The translations under genes and the position numbers were made by a program. 64,000 bases of DNA from assembly GCA_021787205.1 (NCBI GenBank), contig JAJYME010000007.1, positions 74,334 through 138,333 on the forward strand, given 5' to 3'. How positions within the stretch are numbered: the stretch's first letter is position 1; each line of letters starts with the position of its first letter. Below are positions 9,701-16,448 of this stretch, piece after piece. The notes under the pieces were generated by a model. The model made no database searches and was not told where the DNA came from. It worked only from the letters and a program-made list of their open reading frames with translations. The stretch is from a bacterium. Its GTDB lineage: Bacteria > Patescibacteriota > Minisyncoccia > UBA6257 > Colwellbacteraceae.

Positions 9701-9788
9701 GACCGTCAATCTCATCAACCGCCTCCTTCTGAGCCTTATTAAGCTTCCCATACGCCTCTTCGAAAACTTTGTTATAATCCTTTTCCAT
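6738..9788 (-). CDS. UvrD/PcrA-family helicase fused to a C-terminal PD-(D/E)XK (Cas4/AddB-like) nuclease domain with a Cys cluster
   Basis: N-terminal Walker A GPGTGKTQ and UvrD helicase motifs. The C-terminal ~250 aa carry CPWKYFY...DRIE...DFKTGK...CDDPKCEYC, the pattern of RecB-type nucleases with an Fe-S-binding cysteine set. Confidence 0.8.
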   Translation of the reverse strand: MEKDYNKVFEEAYGKLNKAQKEAVDEIDGPVMVIAGPGTGKTQILTMRIANICRKTDTEPENILALTFTEAAASSMKRRLVDLMGPGGYQVMISTFHGFANDVIKNFPEEFPRLIGAELLDDVTRIKFLREVIAALPLEKLKSAYDPDHYLKAINGAINDLKREGVSVDEFAEIIKGEKEGFELIADLYNEKGVNKGKKKTKYIELEKRIAKGEELVGIYREYEKKLQAERYYDYNDMLMEALRALKENDDLLLSIQERYQYILVDEHQDTNKTQNRIVELIASFHDNPNVFIVGDEKQAIYRFQGASLENFTYFQKLYPKSKLVFLEENYRSTQTILDSAHSVLAGKRPLLARSGSKDEKIRICSFTNPYSEIKFVAEDIKSKIASGVLPEEIAILYRENKDSREMSEMLSRYKIPFVIDPGESILYDHLIRKIIVILKAIDAFGSQKELIEAMHIDCFRIDQFDIVKILSAVSADKTSIFDILEDDDVLSSLKLKTERRIKRFYSFLKHRSAEKENVSLLKLYENVIKKSGLMRQVINRGNSIQDLEKINGLFKELKRFIQTEKSASLAKFLEHLEIMKENGFPLSKMVLSPETKKVRLMTAHKSKGLEFGYVYLINAVTNSWEGKRQRNLLPLPAKVYSLWGDKDLPESDKPEDERRLFYVALTRSKIGMTVTYSKFNEEGREQLPTVFVSEMRQDLLDYEDMSGYERDVSAGKELAFGKVEKKAEDEVLDQELIKEIVLKRGFSPTDINNYLDCPWKYFYANLLRIPQTVTKSSAYGTAIHAALADYFEHMQNGKEMSAEETFESFKASLGRQPITDSDKKELMKKGEKSLISFINHYAGTWEKNFLTETPISGGEIDGIPIKGRIDRIELLNNGKVRVIDFKTGKYKTMGQIIGTTKDSNGQIKRQIVFYKLLLQQLKERKYVFDYGTVDFVEPDDKGDFHRENLVPDEEDVKKLTDEIKFVYDEVTNLKFWNKRCDDPKCEYCQMRDLRRDKPMEIESQKYGDVDNSDEE

Positions 9789-9853
9789 TAGGTTAATGAT
9801 AGCACAAAAAACATCAAAAAATCTCCCGGTTAAGGGAGATTTTGATGATTATT

Positions 9854-10066
9854 TTATTTTTCTTCGGCAACCTGGGCTTCCAAGTACTTCTGCCAATCGG
9901 CATTTTCCTGCTTATTGGTTTCAAGCTTGGCAAGTTCGTGCAAAATGGCATCTTTGCCAGATTCGGCATGCCTCTTTTGCAAATATCCGGTAGTAATTTC
10001 AATGCGGATCAGGTTTTCTTTTACTTCGTCAAGAAGTTCGTTTAAGATTTCCTTTCTGTTCTTCAT
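9854..10066 (-). CDS. small charged helical protein, hypothetical
   Basis: 70-aa ORF just upstream of ftsX; the sequence MKNRKEILNELLDEVKENLIRIEITTGYLQKRHAESG... has no recognisable motif and the call is tentative. Confidence 0.3.
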   Translation of the reverse strand: MKNRKEILNELLDEVKENLIRIEITTGYLQKRHAESGKDAILHELAKLETNKQENADWQKYLEAQVAEEK

Positions 10067-10107
10067 AAGTCCTATTATACTAACTTTTCAATCGCGGTTT
10101 TGCAAGC

Positions 10108-11016
10108 TTAAACGGTAAGGTAGCGACGGACGACAATAACGGAAGAAATGACCCCGATACCGACGGCAAATAAGAGATTCAAGCCCAAAAAACCGAAAAT
10201 ATGGGTGATAAAATAGCTCCACATACTGAACTCAGGGATAATAACCCTGATAGCCGGGTTTGCCCAGAGGACAAACGGAGTGGTGATAATCGTCGCCAAG
10301 AAAGCGGAGACGATTCCGTAGATGGCACCGACGATAATATAAGGACCGCGCACGAAAGCGTTGGAGGCACCGACGAGTCTCATTATCCCGATCTCATCCT
10401 TATTGCTGTTGATAGCAAGGAGGATGGTGTTGAAAGAAACGATACCGGCGACAATCGACATGACGACAATCAGGATAAAGCCCATGCTCCTGCCGACATC
10501 CATGATCCTCGACAATCTCTCAATGACGGTCTGGTTCTGGCTGTAGCTGACATTAGTCACCATATTCTTGAATTTTTCATCCTTGAAATAATCGGCGATG
10601 ACGGCATAGCCTTTCGGATCATGAGCTTTGATATTAAGCGAAGCCTGAAGAGGGTTGCTCTCAATCTCTTGCAAAGCCCTTGTGACATCCTCATCACCAG
10701 CATGCCTTTCCTTGAACTTCTCCAAGGCGGCATCCTTCGAAATATAAGCGACCGATTTTACTTCGGGCATCTTTTCTAAAACGCCTTTAACCTGGAGAAC
10801 GTCATCTTCACTGACTGAATCGGCGAAGTCGACGCTGATGTCGATCTTATCCTTGATCGTCCCTAAAGACCTGTCTCCGATGACGCCGAAAATAAGAAGC
10901 CCTTGAAAGACGATAACGGCCAAAAGCATGACCAAAACGGTAGCGATGGAAACCAGATAGTTTCTGAGAAAATTCTGCAATCCATACTTAAAGACTCTGT
11001 ATAAAGTAGTGACCAT
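10108..11016 (-). CDS. ftsX: cell-division ABC transporter permease FtsX
   Basis: 302 aa, four TM segments with a large periplasmic loop; immediately downstream of and overlapping ftsE. Confidence 0.85.
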   Translation of the reverse strand: MVTTLYRVFKYGLQNFLRNYLVSIATVLVMLLAVIVFQGLLIFGVIGDRSLGTIKDKIDISVDFADSVSEDDVLQVKGVLEKMPEVKSVAYISKDAALEKFKERHAGDEDVTRALQEIESNPLQASLNIKAHDPKGYAVIADYFKDEKFKNMVTNVSYSQNQTVIERLSRIMDVGRSMGFILIVVMSIVAGIVSFNTILLAINSNKDEIGIMRLVGASNAFVRGPYIIVGAIYGIVSAFLATIITTPFVLWANPAIRVIIPEFSMWSYFITHIFGFLGLNLLFAVGIGVISSVIVVRRYLTV

Positions 11017-11696
11017 TAGGCTAAAATATATTTTCCTTTTTCTTCATCGCGGAGGATACGACCATCTTCCATGCTGATAACCCTCTTCTCAAGTTGGTTG
11101 ACAATATCCTTATTGTGAGTCGCTAGGATTACCGTGGTACCAAGCTCGTTGATCTTCATCAAAAGATTGATAATGCCCCAAGTGTTTATCGGATCAAGAT
11201 TTCCGGTCGGCTCATCGGCGATGATGACATCGGGATGATTGACCATGGCTCTCGCGATGGCAACTCTTTGCCTCTCGCCACCCGACAACTCGTTGATGAA
11301 ATTGTGCATCTTATTGCCAAGCCCCACCAAATCGAGGACCTGGGGAGTGATTTCCGCTATTTCCCTGTCGGGGCGGCCGGCAACCTCCATGGCAAAAACA
11401 ACATTCTCGTAAGCCGTCTTTCTCGGCAATAACCTGAAATCTTGAAAAATAATTCCCATATGACGCCTTAAGAACGGGAGGTTTTTAGACTTCATCCTGG
11501 CAACGTCATACGAACCAAAAACAATTCTTCCTTTCGTAGGTTTCTCTTCACCTATGAGCATCTTGATCAAGGTCGATTTTCCAGCTCCGGATCTTCCCAC
11601 TAAAGAGACAAATTCACCGGGTTCAATTTTAAAACTGATATCGGAAATGACTTCATTAGGCCCATATTTTTTTGAAACTCCATTAAATGTAATCAC
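11016..11696 (-). CDS. ftsE: cell-division ABC transporter ATPase FtsE
   Basis: Walker A GRSGAGKST, ABC signature LSGGERQR, Walker B IIADEP. Confidence 0.9.
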   Translation of the reverse strand: MITFNGVSKKYGPNEVISDISFKIEPGEFVSLVGRSGAGKSTLIKMLIGEEKPTKGRIVFGSYDVARMKSKNLPFLRRHMGIIFQDFRLLPRKTAYENVVFAMEVAGRPDREIAEITPQVLDLVGLGNKMHNFINELSGGERQRVAIARAMVNHPDVIIADEPTGNLDPINTWGIINLLMKINELGTTVILATHNKDIVNQLEKRVISMEDGRILRDEEKGKYILA

Positions 11697-11702
11697 TGTT
11701 AC

Positions 11703-12650
11703 TTATAAGTTTAACTCAGCTTCCACTAATTCATCAAGCTGGCCATTCAAAACATCGTCGACTTTTGATGTTTCATATTCCGTCCTGTGATCCTTGACCA
11801 TCTTGTAGGGATGGAGGACATAGGAACGGATTTGATGTCCCCATTCAATCGAAACTTTTGTTTTTAAATTAGAAATTTCAGTTTCCTGTTTTTCCTTCAT
11901 CAACTTCAAAAGCCTCGCCTTCAAAATATTCATCGCTATTTCCCTATTCTGTGACTGACCCCTCTCAACCGAGGAGGTAGCAGTCAGCCCGGTGGGAATG
12001 TGGGTAACCTTGACCACCGTTTCAACCTTGTTGGCGTTCTGTCCGCCCGGACCTGACGATCTGTTGAAATCAACCTTGATGTCCTTTTCCGGAATCTCAA
12101 TATCGGTTTTGATTTTTCCCAAATCAGGCAAGACTTCAACCAAAGCAAAGGAAGTGTGACGCAAGCCCTTGGAATCGTAGGGAGAGATCCTGACCAGACG
12201 ATGAACGCCCGATTCGTTCTTGAGAATGTTATAGGCGTCCTCCCCTTTTATCTCTATCGTATCATCATCGATCATCCTCGTTTTCCAACCGCGCCTTGCC
12301 GCATACAATCCATACATCTTCATCAGCATTCCGCCCCAATCGGCCGCATCCTCGCCGCCAGCTCCAGGGTAAACCGAGATCAAAGCCGGGAGATTCTCGT
12401 ATTCGTTCTTCGGCATATACTCCGCCTCAAAGGCCCTAGCCTCTTCCGCGTTCGTGATGCTTTCAAAATCGGTCACGAGATTCTTAAGCTTTCCGTATTC
12501 CTTGGTCTTCTCCTCCGCCTCAAAACGGTTCTTCGTCCAAAGATCCGGATTGGAGACCTCGAATTCAAGCTCCTTGAGCCTAGTCTTATTTTTTTCAATT
12601 TCAAACCTTTCACCTAGGTTTTTTAAGATAAAATCCAAATCTTCAGTCAT
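11703..12650 (-). CDS. prfB: peptide chain release factor 2; contiguous ORF with no programmed frameshift visible
   Basis: SPY(F) motif RISPYDSKGLRHTSF, GGQ motif SSGPGGQNANK and an RF2-like C-terminus. The N-terminus MTEDLDFILKNLGERFEIE... is in frame with no internal TGA. Confidence 0.9.
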   Translation of the reverse strand: MTEDLDFILKNLGERFEIEKNKTRLKELEFEVSNPDLWTKNRFEAEEKTKEYGKLKNLVTDFESITNAEEARAFEAEYMPKNEYENLPALISVYPGAGGEDAADWGGMLMKMYGLYAARRGWKTRMIDDDTIEIKGEDAYNILKNESGVHRLVRISPYDSKGLRHTSFALVEVLPDLGKIKTDIEIPEKDIKVDFNRSSGPGGQNANKVETVVKVTHIPTGLTATSSVERGQSQNREIAMNILKARLLKLMKEKQETEISNLKTKVSIEWGHQIRSYVLHPYKMVKDHRTEYETSKVDDVLNGQLDELVEAELNL

Positions 12651-12692
12651 AAATCAACCGTTATATATTACCACAAACCGAGCTCATTTTTA

Positions 12693-12721
12693 TTGACTTT
12701 TTTCTGTATTTGTGGTACAAT
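12693..12721 (+). promoter_or_regulatory. sigma70-like promoter for the GNAT gene
   Basis: TTGACT, 17-nt spacer, TACAAT. AGGAGG at 12753-12758 followed by TTG at 12768 suggests that TTG may be the true start. Confidence 0.45.
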
Positions 12722-12749
12722 TCACCCAGAAAACTAAAATATTCTTAAT

Positions 12750-13211
12750 TTGAGGAGGCAGTTTATCTTGGCAATATATCTGGAACAAAGCACGAGGAAA
12801 GACGCAAGGCTTTTGGAGTTGTGGAGACTACTGGACGATCAGGATGACTTTAACTTTCAGGCTACTATGACCGCTGACGAGCAAGACGTGAAGGAGATGA
12901 TATCAGACAACCTGTTTTTGACCTTTGATGAATCCGGGCAACCGATCGGATTCATCGGATTTTATACTTATTATGACCGAAAACGCAGGTACGGAGTCCG
13001 AATTTATATTATTCCCGAACAGCGCCGAAGAGGTTATGGACCCCAGTTGGTAGATATGCTAAGGCTCTTGGCGATAGAAAAACATTACAGCCAAATATTC
13101 GCCGTCGTCTGCAAAGATAATAACAGATCATCCAGGCTCTTCGAGAGAGACCTTAATTGGAGACTGGACCATCAGACCGACCGAAAAACCTACTTCTCCT
13201 GCCGACCTTAA
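12750..13211 (+). CDS. GNAT-family N-acetyltransferase; true start possibly the TTG at 12768
   Basis: RRRGYGPQL acetyl-CoA-binding motif (R/Q-x-x-G-x-G/A) within a beta-alpha fold. Confidence 0.6.
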   Translation: MRRQFILAIYLEQSTRKDARLLELWRLLDDQDDFNFQATMTADEQDVKEMISDNLFLTFDESGQPIGFIGFYTYYDRKRRYGVRIYIIPEQRRRGYGPQLVDMLRLLAIEKHYSQIFAVVCKDNNRSSRLFERDLNWRLDHQTDRKTYFSCRP

Positions 13212-13218
13212 GACCCCT

Positions 13219-13250
13219 CCCCCGAAGAGACCTTCGGGGGATTTATGTTT
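13219..13250 (+). terminator. rho-independent terminator of the GNAT gene
   Basis: CCCCCGAAG-AGAC-CTTCGGGGG stem followed by ATTTATGTTT. Confidence 0.6.
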
Positions 13251-13287
13251 GAAAAGAGACTCATTTTAAGATAAGATACCATGGTAT

Positions 13288-13360
13288 GCCGAAGTAGCTC
13301 AGCTGGTAGAGCAATGCTTTCGTAAAGCAGAGGTCGCGAGTTCGAATCTCGCCTTCGGCT
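13288..13360 (+). tRNA. tRNA-Thr (CGT)
   Basis: GCCGAAG-TA-GCTCAGCTGGTAGAGC-A-ATGCT-TTCGTAA-AGCAG-...-GCGAG-TTCGAAT-CTCGC-CTTCGGC-T. Anticodon loop TTCGTAA with a 27:43 mismatch. Confidence 0.75.
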
Positions 13361-13370
13361 CAGTATAAAG

Positions 13371-13397
13371 GGCGAGATTCTCGCCTTCGGCTCAGTA
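13371..13397 (+). repeat. partial direct duplicate of the tRNA-Thr 3' end, 18 nt after the tRNA, preceded by an inverted T-stem copy
   Basis: 13378-13397 TTCTCGCCTTCGGCTCAGTA repeats the 3' end of the gene at 13346-13365 (ATCTCGCCTTCGGCTCAGTA). GGCGAGA at 13371-13377 is the reverse complement of the T-stem 3' strand. Confidence 0.55.
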
Positions 13398-13410
13398 CGG
13401 ATAAGAATAA

Positions 13411-13440
13411 ATAAGACCCGCCTTGGCGGGTCTTATTTAT
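13411..13440. terminator. bidirectional hairpin terminator between tRNA-Thr and the convergent gene
   Basis: AAGACCCGCC-TTGG-CGGGTCTT stem with flanking A- and T-runs. Confidence 0.6.
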
Positions 13441-13456
13441 GGTTTTTATTTTTTAA

Positions 13457-13888
13457 TTACGGTTTCGGACTCTCAGCGGCAGAAGGCTGCTTCGCCGTCG
13501 CGCTTTGACCATCGGGAACGATCGGGGCGACATTGATTATCTTATGAATGGACGGACGATATAATATCGCCTGCATATATTTTCCACCATAAGCCAAGAG
13601 CTTGTCGCCGTTCTCCGCTTTAGCAAAGAAGGCTTGATCCTTCAACTTTTCTATGTCTGAAATCGTAGCAACTGTTGGTGTCTCGTCGGCCGGGAGTTCC
13701 ATTATCTTCCCCACCTCCCTCACCAACCTAGCCGTATCTTCTTTGGCCTCGATATTTGGGTCCTTTTTGAGATTATTGTATTTTACATAGAAATAAGCGG
13801 TCGATCCGAAAGCGACAACTAAAACCGCAATAATTCCGAAAAATAAAACTTTGTTTTTCTTCCCGAGCTTATCCGAGATCGGAGTCAA
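13457..13888 (-). CDS. membrane-anchored hypothetical protein
   Basis: 143 aa with an N-terminal TM helix (VLFFGIIAVLVVAFGSTAYFYV). Confidence 0.5.
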   Translation of the reverse strand: MTPISDKLGKKNKVLFFGIIAVLVVAFGSTAYFYVKYNNLKKDPNIEAKEDTARLVREVGKIMELPADETPTVATISDIEKLKDQAFFAKAENGDKLLAYGGKYMQAILYRPSIHKIINVAPIVPDGQSATAKQPSAAESPKP

Positions 13889-13971
13889 GGATCCTTCCAG
13901 GGTAGAAACTTTTTTTCTCTCATTGTTTGCTGATTATATTTTAGCAAAAATCAGGAATAGCAACAAGAAAA

Positions 13972-15588
13972 TCAACTGTTGTCCTTGACTGCTTTTATAA
14001 ACGAGACGAACAAAGGGTGAGGTTCCATGAATTTGCTCTTCAGCTCCGGGTGGGCCTGGGTAGCGACGAAGAAAGGATGTTGCTCTTTCGGAATCTCAAT
14101 GAACTCCACTAATTCGCCGTCCGGCGATTTGCCTGAAAAGACCAAACCGGATTTTTCCAAGTCGGCATGATAAGCCGGATTGACCTCATAGCGGTGGCGA
14201 TGACGTTCAGAAACCTCGCCGCCATTTTCCAAATTATAGATTCCAGAGACCACCATTCCAGGAGCGATGACGGCCGTATAAGCGCCAAGTCTTTGGTTGC
14301 CGCCCATCTTATCAAGATTCTTTTGGCTTTCCAGGATATCGATAACCGGGTGACTGGTTTCTTCGTTGTTTTCGGTCGTGTCGGCATCGTCCCAACCCAG
14401 AACGTTCCTGGCCCGCTCGATGACAGCCATCTGAAGGCCGTAGCAAAGTCCAAGGAAAGGAATCTTGTTGGTTCTGGCGATCCTTATGCCCTCTATCATG
14501 CCCTCAACTCCCCTCTTACCATATCCTCCAGGAACAATAATCCCGGAAACACCCTTTATCTCTTCCTCCAGATTCTCGCTTTCGGAATCAATAGGAACAA
14601 TATCGACTTTGACATCATTTTCAACACCGCCGTGAAAAAGAGCTTCTTTGACAGAGATATAGGCATCCGGATGATTGTGGTATTTGCCCACCATCCCAAC
14701 CCTTACAGTCTTCTCCGCGCTTCTGATTCTTTCCAGCTTTTCCCTCCATTCAAGCAAATTATTTGGCACCTCGTCCAAGGAGAATCTCTGAAGGACCGCG
14801 TTTAAGAGTCCTCTCTCCTCAAGGTTAACCGGTATCTCGTAAATATTCTTGGCGTCGACCGCCTCTATGATCCTCTCAACGGGGACGTTGCAAAACATTG
14901 AAATCTTATCGATATTTTCGGGAGCAACTTCTCTCTTGGCGCGAACAACCAAAACATCCGGCATCAATCCCAAACCCATCATCTGCCTGACCGAATTCTG
15001 TATCGGCTTCGTCTTCTCCTCATCCGACGGAAAGACATAATCGATCTTGACCACGTGGATGCTCAAGGACCTCTCCCGGCCGACTTCGATCATTATCTGC
15101 CTCATCGCTTCCAGAAAAGGGGCGATCTCCATATCTGATCCGACCGTTCCACCAATTTCTACAAGTAAGAAATCAGGGTTCTCTTCCGAGGCAGTCTTAT
15201 AAATCCTTGATTTTATCTCATCGGTAATATGGGGCACGACCTGGATCGTCTTGCCCAGGAACTCACCTCTCCTCTCCTTATCCAACACGGACCTGTAGAC
15301 AGAACCGCTGGTAAAATTGCTTCTCTTGTCCAAAGGCTTGGAAATAAACCTTTCATAATGACCGAGGTCGAGATCGGTTTCCGCACCGTCGTCAGTCACG
15401 AATACCTCGCCGTGCTGAAAAGGATTCATCGTACCCGCGTCTTCATTAAGATAAGGGTCGGTCTTTATCGAAAAAACAGAGTAATTGTGAGAGACCAAAA
15501 GTCTTCCCAACGAGGCGGCCGTTATCCCCTTTCCTATCCCGGAGATTACCCCTCCGGTGACAAATATGAAGCGAGTTTCTTTTTTCAT
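13972..15588 (-). CDS. pyrG: CTP synthase
   Basis: 538 aa with the N-terminal synthetase domain (FVTGGVISGIGKGI) and a C-terminal glutamine amidotransferase domain with GLCYGLQ. Confidence 0.95.
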   Translation of the reverse strand: MKKETRFIFVTGGVISGIGKGITAASLGRLLVSHNYSVFSIKTDPYLNEDAGTMNPFQHGEVFVTDDGAETDLDLGHYERFISKPLDKRSNFTSGSVYRSVLDKERRGEFLGKTIQVVPHITDEIKSRIYKTASEENPDFLLVEIGGTVGSDMEIAPFLEAMRQIMIEVGRERSLSIHVVKIDYVFPSDEEKTKPIQNSVRQMMGLGLMPDVLVVRAKREVAPENIDKISMFCNVPVERIIEAVDAKNIYEIPVNLEERGLLNAVLQRFSLDEVPNNLLEWREKLERIRSAEKTVRVGMVGKYHNHPDAYISVKEALFHGGVENDVKVDIVPIDSESENLEEEIKGVSGIIVPGGYGKRGVEGMIEGIRIARTNKIPFLGLCYGLQMAVIERARNVLGWDDADTTENNEETSHPVIDILESQKNLDKMGGNQRLGAYTAVIAPGMVVSGIYNLENGGEVSERHRHRYEVNPAYHADLEKSGLVFSGKSPDGELVEFIEIPKEQHPFFVATQAHPELKSKFMEPHPLFVSFIKAVKDNS

Positions 15589-15699
15589 CGTGCGTTTCTT
15601 TTATTGTAGCCCTTTTAAGAAACTTTTTATAACAAAGAAACTCCTTGGTTTTCCGCAAGAAACAATCTTATCCACAGACCACCCTTTTTGAGAAATAAA

Positions 15700-15727
15700 T
15701 TGTCAATCTCCCAAAACCGCTTAAAAT
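15700..15727 (+). promoter_or_regulatory. consensus-like plus-strand promoter in an intergenic region with no annotated plus-strand gene
   Basis: TTGTCA, 16-nt spacer, TAAAAT. A transcript from it would end at the hairpin terminator at 15830-15866, about 135 nt downstream. Confidence 0.35.
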
Positions 15728-15810
15728 CTACAAAATACCTCCCGCCATCATGGGGATAAGTGAAATAACCGCAAAAAACAGGAAAAAATACCCGGAGATA
15801 GAAGCAACAG

Positions 15811-15884
15811 TTCGATTCCCGCCTCATCCTTATATAAAAATACCCGCATAGGATGCAGGTATTTTTGATGAGCGAGTAGCGGGA
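15811..15884 (+). repeat. copy A of a ~74-bp direct repeat (right-flank-like TTCGATTCCCGCCTCATCC + terminator hairpin + antisense tRNA-Gly 3' end); copy B is 15991..16064
   Basis: The two copies differ at two positions (the g/a and a/g in TACCC[g/a]CATAGGATGC[a/g]GGTA) and lie 180 bp apart. Copy B runs into the real tRNA-Gly gene. Confidence 0.6.
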
Positions 15885-16009
15885 CGCTAGCTATCTCACG
15901 TCGCGGAAGTGTCCGCTCCTATGAAACCCACGGTTTCATAAACATCCTTCACGGAAGGGATACCTTCATCTCCCTTCCGACCCATCCCTATTCGATTCCC
16001 GCCTCATCC
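15866..16009 (+). repeat. tRNA-associated element copy L3: direct copy of the tRNA-Gly 3' end, a diverged core with hairpin TATGAAACC-CAC-GGTTTCATA, then an inverted copy of the tRNA-Gly T-arm
   Basis: Left flank 15866-15884 TGATGAGCGAGTAGCGGGA equals the antisense of the tRNA-Gly 3' end. The core aligns with L1 (TCACGTCG...CTCC-hairpin-AA.ATCCT-.ACGG...TCCC-CGACCC). Right flank 15985-16009 CCCTATTCGATTCCCGCCTCATCC shares TTCGATTCCCGC exactly with the tRNA-Gly T-arm. Confidence 0.5.
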
Positions 16010-16046
16010 TTATATAAAAATACCCACATAGGATGCGGGTATTTTT
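16010..16046. terminator. bidirectional hairpin terminator after tRNA-Gly (-), also closing the L3 element (+)
   Basis: A-run, TACCCACAT-AGG-ATGCGGGTA stem, T-run; an identical architecture occurs at 15830-15866. Confidence 0.55.
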
Positions 16047-16050
16047 GATG

Positions 16051-16122
16051 AGCGAGTAGCGGGAATCGAACCCGTGTCTCAACCTTGGGAAGGTTGCATA
16101 ATGGCCACTATACGATACTCGC
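16051..16122 (-). tRNA. tRNA-Gly (CCC)
   Basis: Reverse complement GCGAGTA-TC-GTATAGTGGCCATTATGC-A-ACCTT... with anticodon arm CAACC-TTCCCAA-GGTTG, T-arm CGGG-TTCGATT-CCCG and acceptor TACTCGC-T. Confidence 0.8.
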
Positions 16123-16136
16123 AAAGAAAACCGCGA

Positions 16137-16445
16137 TTACTCGCTGGCTTTCTGCGCTTTTTCAGGCGCGACAATGATTACCTTTTCTTGGGGCAACTTA
16201 TAATTGAAACGCGCTTTTAATTCCTTAATAACGGTCTCGGAGTTGGAAAAACCGTCGAGCTTCTTCTGAAGCTTGTCGTTCTCATCGGAGATCCTCATCA
16301 TATCCGCGGTAAGCTTTTCTTTTTCCGCTTTTGCCGCCGCGTAATCGGAATAGACATCCTTTCCGTATTTGACGATGATGCCTAAGGTTAAAACCAGACA
16401 AATTATATAAATAATTTTCTGAATCACCTTATGATTATAACACAA
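16137..16445 (-). CDS. FtsB/DivIC-like septum formation initiator; TM helix plus coiled coil
   Basis: N-terminal TM (IIYIICLVLTLGIIV), then a coiled coil, then a C-terminal IKELKARFNYKLPQEKVIIV resembling the DivIC family tail. Confidence 0.4.
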   Translation of the reverse strand: MCYNHKVIQKIIYIICLVLTLGIIVKYGKDVYSDYAAAKAEKEKLTADMMRISDENDKLQKKLDGFSNSETVIKELKARFNYKLPQEKVIIVAPEKAQKASE

Positions 16446-16448
16446 AAA

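Noticed and set aside
11703-12650. Programmed +1 frameshift in prfB
   Set aside because: The ORF is continuous from an ATG with an RF2-like N-terminus, and there is no in-frame TGA preceded by a Shine-Dalgarno-like element.
3453-16064. A complete integrated mobile element with integrase bounded by the tRNA 3'-end direct repeats
   Set aside because: The repeats are only 30-180 bp from their tRNAs, and no integrase, excisionase or transposase ORF exists anywhere in the window. Only miniature or remnant elements are compatible.
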